Assembly: GCA_049643905.1 (NCBI GenBank)
Contig: JBARQW010000100.1
Coordinates: 7,115-71,114 of the forward strand
DNA length: 64,000 nt
Source of the DNA: Candidatus Bipolaricaulia bacterium
GTDB taxonomy: Bacteria; Bipolaricaulota; Bipolaricaulia; UBA7950; UBA9294
Direction of reading: 5' to 3'
Part shown: positions 17,380-26,259 of the stretch, piece after piece
Position numbering within the stretch: position 1 is the first letter of the stretch
Layout of the letters: each line of letters opens with the position of its first letter
The notes under the pieces: generated by a model
What the model saw: only the letters and a program-made list of their open reading frames with translations
Database searches by the model: none
Told to the model about the DNA's origin: nothing
Translations under genes and position numbers: made by a program

Positions 17380-18573
17380 ATGACGGGGGGGAGTTCTGTC
17401 GTTCGCAGGATGCAGGAGGCGGGCGTGAAGGGGAGAACGGTCCTCGTTCGCGTCGACTATAACGTGCCACTACGGCAGGGGGAGATCGCCGATGACGCGA
17501 GGATTCGAGCCTCGCTCCCCACGCTCTCTTCCCTTCTTGAAGGTGGCGCGAAGGTTGTTCTGGCAACGCATCTGGGCCGACCCGATGGGAAGGCGGTCCC
17601 CGAACTTCGACTCGATCGCGTGGGAGAACGTCTAAGCGAGCTGCTTGAGTGGCCCGTGAAGAAACTCGACGACTGCATCGGCAACGCTGTTGCCGATGCG
17701 ATCTCGCGCGGCGGCGAGGGGGATGTCTTCTTGTTGGAGAACGTGCGGTTTCACGCCGAAGAAGAGGCGAACGACGAGGCGTTCGCACGCGCGTTGGCGC
17801 GCAACTCGGATCTCTTCGTCAACGACGCTTTCGCGACCGTCCATCGTGATCACGCGTCGACGCTCGGCGTGACCGAACACCTTCCGTCGTACGCTGGCCT
17901 GCTCATGCAGCGCGAGCTTGACGCGCTCTCCGGTCTCCTTGATGCTCCCGCCCGTCCGTACTACGCGATCATTGGGGGGAAGAAGGCCCAAAGCAAGCTG
18001 GGCGCGCTTCGCGACCTCACCTCCTATGTCGACGGGATCCTGATCGGTGGTGGCGTGGCGTTTACGGTCCTGCGGGCGATGGGAGCATCGGTCGGGGACT
18101 CGTGGGTCGACAGCGAGAGTTTGGATGAGGCCGCGGAGATCGTTCGGGCGGCCGAGGATCGCGGTGTCGAGATCGTTCTTCCGGTCGATGCGGTACTCGC
18201 TCGGCGGCTGGACGCGCAGGCGGAGACGATCGTGGGGGCTGCAGATTCGATCCCGGCCGGCTGGGCTGCGTTCGACATCGGCCCGGAGACGGTTCGCGCC
18301 TTCCGCGAGCGGATCGAAGGCGCAAAGACGCTCGTCTGGACGGGGCCGATGGGAGCGTTCGAGTGTCAGCCGTTCGCGAAGGGTACGATCGGGATCGCCG
18401 AGGCGGTCGCTTCGTCGGCTGCGTACAGCGTGATCGGCGGTGGCGAAACGGGAGAAGCGGTGGCAAGATCCGGCTTCGGCGATGCGGTTTCTTACATCTC
18501 CACGGGCGGCGGAGCGTGTCTCGCCCTACTGCAAGGGAAGAGGCTCCCTGCCCTGGAGGCCCTGAGCGGCTAG
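17380..18573 (+). CDS. pgk: phosphoglycerate kinase
   Basis: 'VKGRTVLVRVDYNVP', 'ATHLGRP', C-terminal 'STGGGA'. ATG at 17380 preceded by GAGGAGGA (6-nt spacing). Confidence 0.9.
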   Translation: MTGGSSVVRRMQEAGVKGRTVLVRVDYNVPLRQGEIADDARIRASLPTLSSLLEGGAKVVLATHLGRPDGKAVPELRLDRVGERLSELLEWPVKKLDDCIGNAVADAISRGGEGDVFLLENVRFHAEEEANDEAFARALARNSDLFVNDAFATVHRDHASTLGVTEHLPSYAGLLMQRELDALSGLLDAPARPYYAIIGGKKAQSKLGALRDLTSYVDGILIGGGVAFTVLRAMGASVGDSWVDSESLDEAAEIVRAAEDRGVEIVLPVDAVLARRLDAQAETIVGAADSIPAGWAAFDIGPETVRAFRERIEGAKTLVWTGPMGAFECQPFAKGTIGIAEAVASSAAYSVIGGGETGEAVARSGFGDAVSYISTGGGACLALLQGKRLPALEALSG

Positions 18574-18594
18574 CAGAGGCCCTGAGCGGATAGG

Positions 18595-18624
18595 TTGCTG
18601 GGTTCACTTGGACCACGCTATACT
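18595..18624 (+). promoter_or_regulatory. candidate promoter for tRNA-Gly
   Basis: TTGCTG-18-TATACT about 20 nt upstream of the tRNA 5' end. Confidence 0.45.
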
Positions 18625-18644
18625 CGCCTCTCCAGATAGACATC

Positions 18645-18716
18645 GCGGGCATAGCTCAGTGGTAGAGCATCAGCTTCCCAAGCTGAGGGTCGCGGGTTCG
18701 AGTCCCGTTGCCCGCT
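18645..18716 (+). tRNA. tRNA-Gly (anticodon CCC)
   Basis: GCGGGCATAGCTCAGTGGTAGAGCA-TCAGC-TTCCCAA-GCTGA-GGGTC-GCGGGTTCGAGTCCCGT-TGCCCGCT. Confidence 0.85.
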
Positions 18717-18765
18717 ATTGCCTTGCTCGTCGCCGCCGGTCGGGCGACGCCAACGGGAGGCAACA

Positions 18766-19359
18766 ATGGATCAACCTACATCTCCGGAAGCCCTCACCCT
18801 CGACGCGCTCAGACCTCGTGTGCTCAGTTGCACCTCTTGCGCGCTGCACGAAACGAGATCCAACGTGGTTTTCGGAGAGGGAGACGGAAACGCCGAGGTG
18901 ATGTTCGTTGGCGAGGGACCGGGGGAGGTCGAGGACAACACGGGGAGGCCGTTCGTCGGTCCTGCGGGACAGAAGCTCGACGAAGTTCTCGCCTCCGTCG
19001 AGATCCGTCGGGAGGACGTCTTCATCGGCAACGTCGTCAAGTGCCGACCTCCTGGGAATCGCGTCCCGACGAGGGGCGAAATGGAGGTTTGCTTTCCGTA
19101 TCTCGAGGCGCAGATCGCGCTGATTCAACCGTCCTTGATCGTGACGCTGGGGAACACTTCGACGCAGTGGCTTCTTCCCGACGCCCCGGGGATCACGAAG
19201 TCGCGGGGGACCTTTCTCGAATGGCGGGGCGGCATCCAGCTCTTTCCGATGTTCCACCCGAGCTACTTGTTGCGCTATCCTTCGCGCGAGAAGGGCACTC
19301 CCAAGTACTTGACGTGGTTGGACATCAAGCGAGTGAGAGCCTGGCTTGACGAGCACTGA
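18766..19359 (+). CDS. uracil-DNA glycosylase, family 4
   Basis: 'CTSCALHETRSNVVFGEGDGNAEVMFVGEGPGEVED...GRPFVGPAG' and 'HPSYLLR'; GGGAGG SD. Confidence 0.8.
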   Translation: MDQPTSPEALTLDALRPRVLSCTSCALHETRSNVVFGEGDGNAEVMFVGEGPGEVEDNTGRPFVGPAGQKLDEVLASVEIRREDVFIGNVVKCRPPGNRVPTRGEMEVCFPYLEAQIALIQPSLIVTLGNTSTQWLLPDAPGITKSRGTFLEWRGGIQLFPMFHPSYLLRYPSREKGTPKYLTWLDIKRVRAWLDEH

Positions 19360-19816
19360 CACAAACGCCGGGCAAGACGGGAGCTTCGCCCGCGAAGCGA
19401 TCGAGCGGTCCGAGGCCTTCCGCCGCGAGAAGCGATTCCGTGAGAGTATCGCGGTCCTTCTCGGCGCGCTGAAGGTCGACGGCGATTGCGCTGAGCTGTA
19501 CCAGCGGCTGGGGAACATCCGGTTCGACTCCGGCGACCTTGAGCAGGCTGAGGTTGCATACAAGAGGGCCTTGACGCTTGATCCCAACCACGAGAATGCG
19601 ATGCACAACCTCTCCGTGGTCTACAAACGGCAAAGACGGATGGCGCTCTTCGTGCGGACGTACCGAAGATCCAAGCGTCTCGGCCTGTCTTCTTCGAGAT
19701 CGGACAAGAAGGCTGCCCGAGGGAGGGGCTTCCTCGGTGGCTTTGGAGGTCGAGCATTCTTGTACGTCGTCGGGCTCGGGGCCGCCCTTCTCCTCGCGTG
19801 GGTTCTCTCGCGCTAG
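19346..19816 (+). CDS. TPR-repeat protein with C-terminal transmembrane anchor
   Basis: TPR-like 'AELYQRLGNIRFDSGDLEQAEVAYKRALTLDPNHENAMHNLSVVY', C-terminal 'FLYVVGLGAALLLAWVL'. TTG start overlapping the UDG stop; start uncertain. Confidence 0.45.
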   Translation: MTSTDTNAGQDGSFAREAIERSEAFRREKRFRESIAVLLGALKVDGDCAELYQRLGNIRFDSGDLEQAEVAYKRALTLDPNHENAMHNLSVVYKRQRRMALFVRTYRRSKRLGLSSSRSDKKAARGRGFLGGFGGRAFLYVVGLGAALLLAWVLSR

Positions 19817-19841
19817 CAGGAACGTCCGTTACCGTGAGGGT

Positions 19842-19870
19842 TTGACGGGGTTATGGCGATCCCGTATAGT
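19842..19870 (+). promoter_or_regulatory. near-consensus sigma-70 promoter upstream of infB
   Basis: TTGACG-17-TATAGT; downstream AAGGAAG SD then TTG start of infB. Confidence 0.6.
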
Positions 19871-19920
19871 CAGATCCTCGTTCGTCTTGGGTACTCCGGA
19901 ACACGAAAGGAAGAAGAGAC

Positions 19921-21672
19921 TTGGCTCGGAAACGAATCTACGAGATCGCCAAAGAACTCGGCGTGACCAACAAAGAGCTGATTGCGAAGCTCGACGAGAT
20001 GGGCATGCCGGACATGAAGGCGTCGAATTCGGTCGACGAGGAAGAGCACGCCCTCATCGTCCACTTTCACCAGGACGAGGCGACGCCTGAACCTGCGGCG
20101 CAAGAGCCGGCAGCCGAGGGCGCCGCCGTACCAGACGAGAAGCCGGCACCCGTCAGAAAGAAGCGCCCGAGTCACGGTGATCCGCGGCCGCCAGTCGTCT
20201 CGGTCCTCGGCCACATCGATCACGGCAAGACGACACTGCTCGACGCGATACGGGAATCCCATCTCGCCGAGGGAGAAGCAGGCGGTATTACGCAGGGAAT
20301 CGCGGCATATCAGGCCGACCTGGGCGGACGGAGGATCACGTTCGTCGATACGCCTGGCCACAAGGCGTTCACTGGAATGCGCGCTCGCGGTGCGCAGGTG
20401 ACCGACATCGCGATCCTCGTCGTCGCGGCCGACGATGGTGTCATGGCACAGACGGCCGAAGCGATCGACCACATCAAGGCCGCCGGTGTCCCGATGATCG
20501 TGGCGATTAACAAGATCGATAAGTCGAATGCCGATCTCCCGAAGGTGATGAACGATCTTGCTCAGCGCGGACTCACTCCTGAAACGTGGGGCGGCGAAAC
20601 GATTACAGTGGAAGTTTCCGCACTTCAGAACCAGAACATTGAGGATCTGCTCGAGATGATCCTTCTCGTCGCTGACATGGAGGACCTTCGTGGCGATCCG
20701 AACGGGCCGATTGATGCGGTGGTGATCGAGAGTCACATCTCACCCGGCCGCGGGCCTGTCGCGACGGCGATCGTCAAGGACGGGACGCTTCGCGAAAAGG
20801 ATTGGATCGTTGCCGGATCGACGTACGGGCGCGTCAAGGCGTTGCTGGACGGAGCCCGCAACCGAGTCAGCGAAGCGAAGCCGGGGGATGCCGTAGAGAT
20901 CCTCGGGTTCAGCGACGTGCCTCCCGTGGGGACCGAGATCGTTGTGGCCGAAAGCCAGACCGCAGCTCGTCGAGCTGTCGTCGGGACGGCGGGAGAGACG
21001 AGAACGCGGCAGGCTCCCCGTCCGATGACCCTTGAGGATTTCTTCGGCGAAGCCGAGGAGGTTCACAAGGTGCAGTTGATCCTCAAGGCCGCGACGACCG
21101 GAGCGCTCGAGGCGGCTCGTCGAGAGATCGCGGGGCTCGAACCCGAGAGCGTTGAGATCGATGTGCTTCTCACTGGCGTTGGACCGATCTCGGAGAGCGA
21201 CGTGATCCTCGCATCGACCGTGACCGACGGGTGCCCAGTCATCGGGTTTGGCGTGAAGGCCGACGCGAAGGCTTCACGGCTCGCCGAGCGAGAAGGGGTC
21301 TCGGTTCTTACCTACGACGTGATCTACGACCTGATCGCCGAGCTGGAGAAGATTCTCAAGCGTGCGCTCGGCCCGACGTACGTCGAATCGCAGCTCGGAG
21401 TCGCCGAGGTGCGCGACACGTTCAAAGTCCCGACCGGGATCGTCGCCGGGTGTGCCGTCGTCGATGGCAGGATTGCACGTAGCGGGAAGATACGCGTAGT
21501 TCGCGCTGACGAGGAGGTGTTCGTCGGGGAAATTGCATCCCTGCGACGCTTCGAGGATGACGTGCGCGAAGTGGAGTCTGGCCGGGAGTGCGGAATTCGG
21601 ATTCGGGACTTCGACGACGTTCAGGTCGGCGATCGTCTCGTCGTCTTCCAGCTGGATGAGGTCGAGCCCTGA
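19921..21672 (+). CDS. infB: translation initiation factor IF-2 (short form)
   Basis: '[15 protein letters not shown]' N-domain, G-domain '[14 protein letters not shown]', 'DTPGH', 'NKID'. TTG start. Confidence 0.9.
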   Translation: MARKRIYEIAKELGVTNKELIAKLDEMGMPDMKASNSVDEEEHALIVHFHQDEATPEPAAQEPAAEGAAVPDEKPAPVRKKRPSHGDPRPPVVSVLGHIDHGKTTLLDAIRESHLAEGEAGGITQGIAAYQADLGGRRITFVDTPGHKAFTGMRARGAQVTDIAILVVAADDGVMAQTAEAIDHIKAAGVPMIVAINKIDKSNADLPKVMNDLAQRGLTPETWGGETITVEVSALQNQNIEDLLEMILLVADMEDLRGDPNGPIDAVVIESHISPGRGPVATAIVKDGTLREKDWIVAGSTYGRVKALLDGARNRVSEAKPGDAVEILGFSDVPPVGTEIVVAESQTAARRAVVGTAGETRTRQAPRPMTLEDFFGEAEEVHKVQLILKAATTGALEAARREIAGLEPESVEIDVLLTGVGPISESDVILASTVTDGCPVIGFGVKADAKASRLAEREGVSVLTYDVIYDLIAELEKILKRALGPTYVESQLGVAEVRDTFKVPTGIVAGCAVVDGRIARSGKIRVVRADEEVFVGEIASLRRFEDDVREVESGRECGIRIRDFDDVQVGDRLVVFQLDEVEP

Positions 21673-21683
21673 GCGACGGTGCA

Positions 21684-21968
21684 ATGAAGGCTGGCTTGCT
21701 CACCCTCTCGTTTCGGTTGTACGCGGTCGACACTCTGAAGGCGAGGCGTTCAATCGTGAAACGGATCCTCGCAGACGTTCACCGACTAGGGCCTGCATTC
21801 GCAGTGTGTGAAATCCCCGATCAAGCTGGGCTCTCCCATCTCACGATCCGTGTCGCCCACGTGTCTGCCGACGCGCGTTTCACCGACTCCGCGTTGCGCC
21901 GCGCTGCGGATCGGTTCGAACACAAGGCCGACTACGAAGTTGCAGAGTCGGCAATCGAGATCCTATGA
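21684..21968 (+). CDS. DUF503 family protein (YlxP-like, infB-rbfA operon member)
   Basis: 94 aa between infB and rbfA, the conserved position of ylxP/DUF503. Confidence 0.6.
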   Translation: MKAGLLTLSFRLYAVDTLKARRSIVKRILADVHRLGPAFAVCEIPDQAGLSHLTIRVAHVSADARFTDSALRRAADRFEHKADYEVAESAIEIL

Positions 21969-22345
21969 ACCGGCGACGTCGTGCGCGCTTGCGTGAGGAT
22001 CTACAGCGAGAGCTCGCGGCGATTGTCGAGTTCGAGAGCAGAGACCCCATCGTCCAAGCTGCATTCCCGACGGTGATGGACGTGCGACTCTCCCCAGACG
22101 CGCGGTACGCGAGGGTCTTCGTGGCCGCGGGAGCCACGATCGACAGGGCAGAACTCGAGAGAGCGCTTGAGCACGATCGCGGATTCTACCGCAGCTTGCT
22201 CGCTGAGCGTCTTGACCTGCGACACACGCCCGAGCTGAGGTTCGAGATCGACGAAACCGTCGAACGCGCGATGCGGTTGGAGGAGATCATCCGAGCCAAC
22301 GATGCTTCCACGCACCCTGACCGCGGAGATGATCAAGAGCCGTAG
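21965..22345 (+). CDS. rbfA: ribosome-binding factor A
   Basis: 'RARLREDLQRELAAIV...DPIVQAAFPTVMDVRLSPD..ARVFV'; ATGA overlap with upstream stop. Confidence 0.8.
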   Translation: MNRRRRARLREDLQRELAAIVEFESRDPIVQAAFPTVMDVRLSPDARYARVFVAAGATIDRAELERALEHDRGFYRSLLAERLDLRHTPELRFEIDETVERAMRLEEIIRANDASTHPDRGDDQEP

Positions 22346-22519
22346 CGCACACGCCGCCGGTCGGTTCCTGCTAGGCCAGCCGTTTGCCCCTCGCGTTTCG
22401 GCTCCGTACTGTAGGGGGGCGACTCACGACGGCCTCACGTCACGGCGGAGGGCGGCTTGCGCAAGTGTCGGACGACCGTTTGCGGGCGTTCAGACGGGGT
22501 CGGTATAGTCAGACTCGAA

Positions 22520-23974
22520 ATGCAGACGGATCGGATCGACGTTGAAGCCGTGTTTCGGAGGCACCCGTTCGCCAGCACGATCCTCAAGCGGTTGCACGAC
22601 GGGGGGCATGACGCCTACTTCATCGGCGGAGTTGTGCGGGATGGCCTACAGCTTGCCTTGGGGCGTGATGTCTCCTTTCCTCCTGACGACATAGACATCG
22701 CCACGTCCGCTGTTCCGGCCGAGGTTCGGAAGCTCTTCCCGGATTGCCCGATCGTCACTGTGGGCGAGGAGTTCGGCGTGCTCGTCGTTGTGGGGCCTGG
22801 AGGACGCTCGTACGAGGTTGCATCGTTCCGTGTCGAGGGCGAGTACGACGGCCGCTGGCCGGGCCGCGTCGATCTGGTTCGCGAGCTTGAAGGCGATGTC
22901 GGACGCCGGGATCTTACGATCAACGGCCTCGCGGCGACCGCTCTCGGCGACGTGATCGATCTGGTGGGAGGGATAGAGGATCTCGTTGCCAAGCGAGTCC
23001 GCGCGATCGGGGACCCACGGACCCGGTTTCGCGAGGACTACCTTCGCCTGCTGCGGGCCGTGCGGTTCGTCTGTCAGATCGATGGCTCGCTCGACGGGGA
23101 GACGTCATCGGCGATCGCCGAAGGCGCGGCACAGATTCTCTCGATCTCACAGGAGCGGATCCGTGACGAGCTGCTGGGGATTCTCTCCACTTCCCAGGCG
23201 GCGAGAGGTTTCACCCTCTTGGACGAGCTGGGACTCCTCCAGCAGGTCCTGCCGGAATTGACGATGGCCAAGGGCGTTCCCCAGCCGGAGGTCTATCACC
23301 CTGAAGGGGACGTCTTCGTCCACACGCTTGAAGCCGTCCGGATGGCCGACAGGTTTGTCAGGGATCCGATCGTGAAGTTAGCGGTTCTCCTTCACGATGT
23401 CGGGAAGCCGATCGCCCTGAGGAGAAGCGACGGAGCGAACATGGGCGGGCACTGCGCAATCGGCGCCCGGATGGTTCGGAACATCGGGGCACGCCTCCGA
23501 ATGAGCCGCGAAGAGATTGCCAGGTTGGCCTTCTTGGTGAAGAACCACATGCGAATCGCCGCGCTGCCGGAGATGGGGCGAGGGAAGCAGGTTCGCTTCG
23601 TCAGCACGGGCGAGCGCCACGACGAAGATGGGCTGGCGACGCGATACCCAGTCTTCTTCGATCTGCTTCAAGTCCTCGTCGCTGATTGCGAGGCGAGCGC
23701 GCATCGCTCAACGGGGTGGGCGCCGGTCCTGCATGAGACGTTGCGTGTGGCGGAGCACATCGACGTGGTGTGCGGGATGAAACAGGCGAGGGAGTTGATT
23801 GATGGGAACGTGCTGATCGATCTCGGTCTTTCCCCCGGCCCGTCACTCGGCCGCGTGTTGGCCGATCTGCACGATCGCATTCTCGCTGGGGAAATCACTA
23901 CGCGGGAGGAAGCGATCGACGTCGCGCGCTCCGCGATCGACTTGGACCGAGAGGGGAACAACGACGGCGCGTAA
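22520..23974 (+). CDS. cca: CCA-adding tRNA nucleotidyltransferase / poly(A) polymerase family protein with HD domain
   Basis: Head domain 'GGVVRDGL...DIDIAT' plus 'RRDLTINGLA', and an HD region 'HTLEAV...LLHDVGKP'. Start MQTDRIDVEAVF at 22520. Confidence 0.75.
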   Translation: MQTDRIDVEAVFRRHPFASTILKRLHDGGHDAYFIGGVVRDGLQLALGRDVSFPPDDIDIATSAVPAEVRKLFPDCPIVTVGEEFGVLVVVGPGGRSYEVASFRVEGEYDGRWPGRVDLVRELEGDVGRRDLTINGLAATALGDVIDLVGGIEDLVAKRVRAIGDPRTRFREDYLRLLRAVRFVCQIDGSLDGETSSAIAEGAAQILSISQERIRDELLGILSTSQAARGFTLLDELGLLQQVLPELTMAKGVPQPEVYHPEGDVFVHTLEAVRMADRFVRDPIVKLAVLLHDVGKPIALRRSDGANMGGHCAIGARMVRNIGARLRMSREEIARLAFLVKNHMRIAALPEMGRGKQVRFVSTGERHDEDGLATRYPVFFDLLQVLVADCEASAHRSTGWAPVLHETLRVAEHIDVVCGMKQARELIDGNVLIDLGLSPGPSLGRVLADLHDRILAGEITTREEAIDVARSAIDLDREGNNDGA

Positions 23975-24073
23975 GGGGACACGCGCCCTGGCGAACCTGG
24001 CTTCGGCTGGAGTAGCCTCTGCTCGGGGTTTCAGGAGGGTTTGGGAAGGGAAGCGACCGCCTCCGACCGAGCT

Positions 24074-25612
24074 ATGGGGACAGCACTCAACATAAGTCAA
24101 GATCTCGATCTGGATCTCGAGCAGATCATCGGGCAATGCATTGCCATCCTCGGGATTCGCGGATCGGGGAAGTCGAACACTGCGGGTGTCATCTTTGAGG
24201 AGCTTCTGAGAAACAACTACCCGATGTCGATTGTCGACATCGAGGGCGAGTACTTCGGCCTGAAAGAGAGCTACGAGGTTCTCGTCGTCGGAACAGGCGA
24301 GGGCGTCGAGATCGAGATCGACGCGGACAGCGCCGGTGAGATCGCTCAAGTGAGCATGGAACAGAATGTCCCGGTCGTCCTTGATCTGAGCGGGTTCCTC
24401 TCGGAGGAACGGACAGAGGTTCTCAAGGCGTATCTGTCGAGCCTCTGGAACTTGGCGGGTCGGCTCCGTCGTCCCTACATCATTGGGATTGAGGAAGCGC
24501 ATGAGTTCATCCCGCAGAGCGTGAAAACCGAGCTCAAAGAGATGATCGCACGGATTGCCCTACGTGGCAGGAAACGCGGCCTCGGAGGGATCATCGTCTC
24601 TCAAAGAAGCGCGAAGGTTGAGAAAGACGTGCTGAGTCAGGCCGGCATCCTGTTTCTCCACCGCGTCGTCCATGAGGTCGACATGCGCGTCTACGGCGAA
24701 CTCCTGCCGTGGCGGAAGAGCGAAGTGAAGGAAATCATCGGCTCTCTGGACACGGGCGACTGCATCTACCTCAATGGGGAGTCGATCCTGCCGATCTACG
24801 TACGGGAGCGGTCAACCTTCCACGCGGGGTTCACGCCATCGCTGGAGGCCGTGGCATCGCCGATGCTGAAACAAGTGAGCGCGTCGATTATCGAGGCGAT
24901 CGAGCGCGCGCGCGGCGGGAAGCGGAAGAAGACCCAGTTGCAGGAACTCGAAGGGAAGATCGAACGGCTGGAGGAGGAGCTTGCGAAGCGGGATCATGCG
25001 ATCTCGGGACTCGAAGACGTCGCACGGACTCTTGGATACATCCGCTTCGATGTCCCGGGAACCGCAGACGCGTGCGAATCCAGCGTCGACGGGGAGAGGC
25101 CAGCGATCGTCACACGAAGCGCCGCCAGCGAGTCGCGAGACGCCGCGAGCCAGGTACCGCAGCCACTGGGACTTATCAGTGGGAACGAAGAGGGGCTTGA
25201 CTCCCCCGTGATTGACATCACCGGGGGCGTTGAAGATGAGCGAGAGGAGCTTCCTCCGGCCGTCTTGCGCCACATCGATCGCTTGGTTTCCCGCGTCGCG
25301 AAGAAAGACCTCCTACAAAGACGACTCCTAGCGTTTCTGGTCGGGAGAGCTCCGGGAACGTACACGGTCGACCAACTTGCCGCGTGGACCGACTGCGCGA
25401 AGGGCTTGATCGATGACGAGCCTCCACGCGATTTCCTGGATGAGGGCCTGATCACGAGGGAGCGCCGTACAGACGGGATGCACTACCGGAGCTGCGTCAA
25501 GTCGTTCGTCCAAAGGGAATTCGGCATCTACCAGCCCGACATCGGCATGGACGGCCTTCATGCGGTGACGCAGCACCTGCAGCAACGTCTCTCTGCTGTG
25601 GCGGCGATCTAG
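24074..25612 (+). CDS. HerA/DUF87-like P-loop ATPase with central coiled coil and C-terminal winged-helix-like domain (start ATG 24074 or TTG 24041)
   Basis: Walker A 'ILGIRGSGKSNTAGV', Walker B 'PYIIGIEEAHEF', 'RGRKRGLGGIIVSQRSAKVEKDVLSQAGILFLHRV' (the HerA/FtsK-class arginine/Gln box), coiled coil 'KTQLQELEGKIERLEEELAKRD', C-terminal 'LLAFLVGRAPGTYTVDQLAAWTD...FLDEGLITRERRTDGMHYR'. Confidence 0.65.
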   Translation: MGTALNISQDLDLDLEQIIGQCIAILGIRGSGKSNTAGVIFEELLRNNYPMSIVDIEGEYFGLKESYEVLVVGTGEGVEIEIDADSAGEIAQVSMEQNVPVVLDLSGFLSEERTEVLKAYLSSLWNLAGRLRRPYIIGIEEAHEFIPQSVKTELKEMIARIALRGRKRGLGGIIVSQRSAKVEKDVLSQAGILFLHRVVHEVDMRVYGELLPWRKSEVKEIIGSLDTGDCIYLNGESILPIYVRERSTFHAGFTPSLEAVASPMLKQVSASIIEAIERARGGKRKKTQLQELEGKIERLEEELAKRDHAISGLEDVARTLGYIRFDVPGTADACESSVDGERPAIVTRSAASESRDAASQVPQPLGLISGNEEGLDSPVIDITGGVEDEREELPPAVLRHIDRLVSRVAKKDLLQRRLLAFLVGRAPGTYTVDQLAAWTDCAKGLIDDEPPRDFLDEGLITRERRTDGMHYRSCVKSFVQREFGIYQPDIGMDGLHAVTQHLQQRLSAVAAI

Positions 25613-25657
25613 GTGGGCAGCATCCTGCACTCCTAGGGCATTCCAAGCACCCCTCGA

Positions 25658-25686
25658 TTGACCGCTTTCTCCTTTTCTGCTACAGT
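25658..25686 (+). promoter_or_regulatory. sigma-70-type promoter upstream of hpf
   Basis: TTGACC-17-TACAGT; GGAAGGGG SD 5 nt before ATG 25706. Confidence 0.55.
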
Positions 25687-25705
25687 TTCGTTGGAAGGGG
25701 CCTGG

Positions 25706-26233
25706 ATGAAGATCAAGATCGCTGAGCGGCACACCGACGCCAGTGGGTCGTTGAGGTCGTACGTAGTAGAGAAGACAGAAGCACTCGAGCGGTACTTCGA
25801 TCGGATCGTCAGCGTCGACGTCGTTCTCTCTGTTGAGAAACAGCGGCAGATCGCCGATTTTCACGCACACCTCACCAACAAGAAACTGATCACCGCGCGC
25901 GAGGAGTCGACCGACATGTACGCGTCGATTGACCGGGGAGTAGATCGACTCAAGCGACAACTCATGAAGTTCAAGGATCAGCTCCATGAGGTGAAGGGCC
26001 GCGGTGGAAGCGGAGTTCGCTCGGAGGAAGGGGCGGACCAGCCTATTGCGGAGAAGCAGATCCTCCGAACGGAGACGTACTTCCACAAGCCGATGACCGC
26101 GGAGGAGGCTGCACTGCAGCTCGATGCGGTCGAGAAGGATTTCTTGGTCTTCATCGATGCGGAGACGGACGAAGTGGGCATCATCTACCATCGGCGCGAC
26201 GGGAACTATGGGCTGATTGAGCCGCGTAGATAG
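25706..26233 (+). CDS. hpf: ribosome hibernation promoting factor, long form
   Basis: 'MKIKIAERHTDASGSLRSYVVEKTEALERYFDRIVSVDVVL' N-domain plus C-terminal dimerisation domain 'ETYFHKPMTAEEAALQLDAVEKDFLVFID'. Confidence 0.85.
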   Translation: MKIKIAERHTDASGSLRSYVVEKTEALERYFDRIVSVDVVLSVEKQRQIADFHAHLTNKKLITAREESTDMYASIDRGVDRLKRQLMKFKDQLHEVKGRGGSGVRSEEGADQPIAEKQILRTETYFHKPMTAEEAALQLDAVEKDFLVFIDAETDEVGIIYHRRDGNYGLIEPRR

Positions 26234-26259
26234 CGAGTCGGGGGGATCGGGGTTAGGGA

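Noticed and set aside
24812-25455. Antisense and alternate-frame ORFs inside the HerA-like gene
   Set aside because: These are shadow ORFs inside a gene with clear ATPase motifs.
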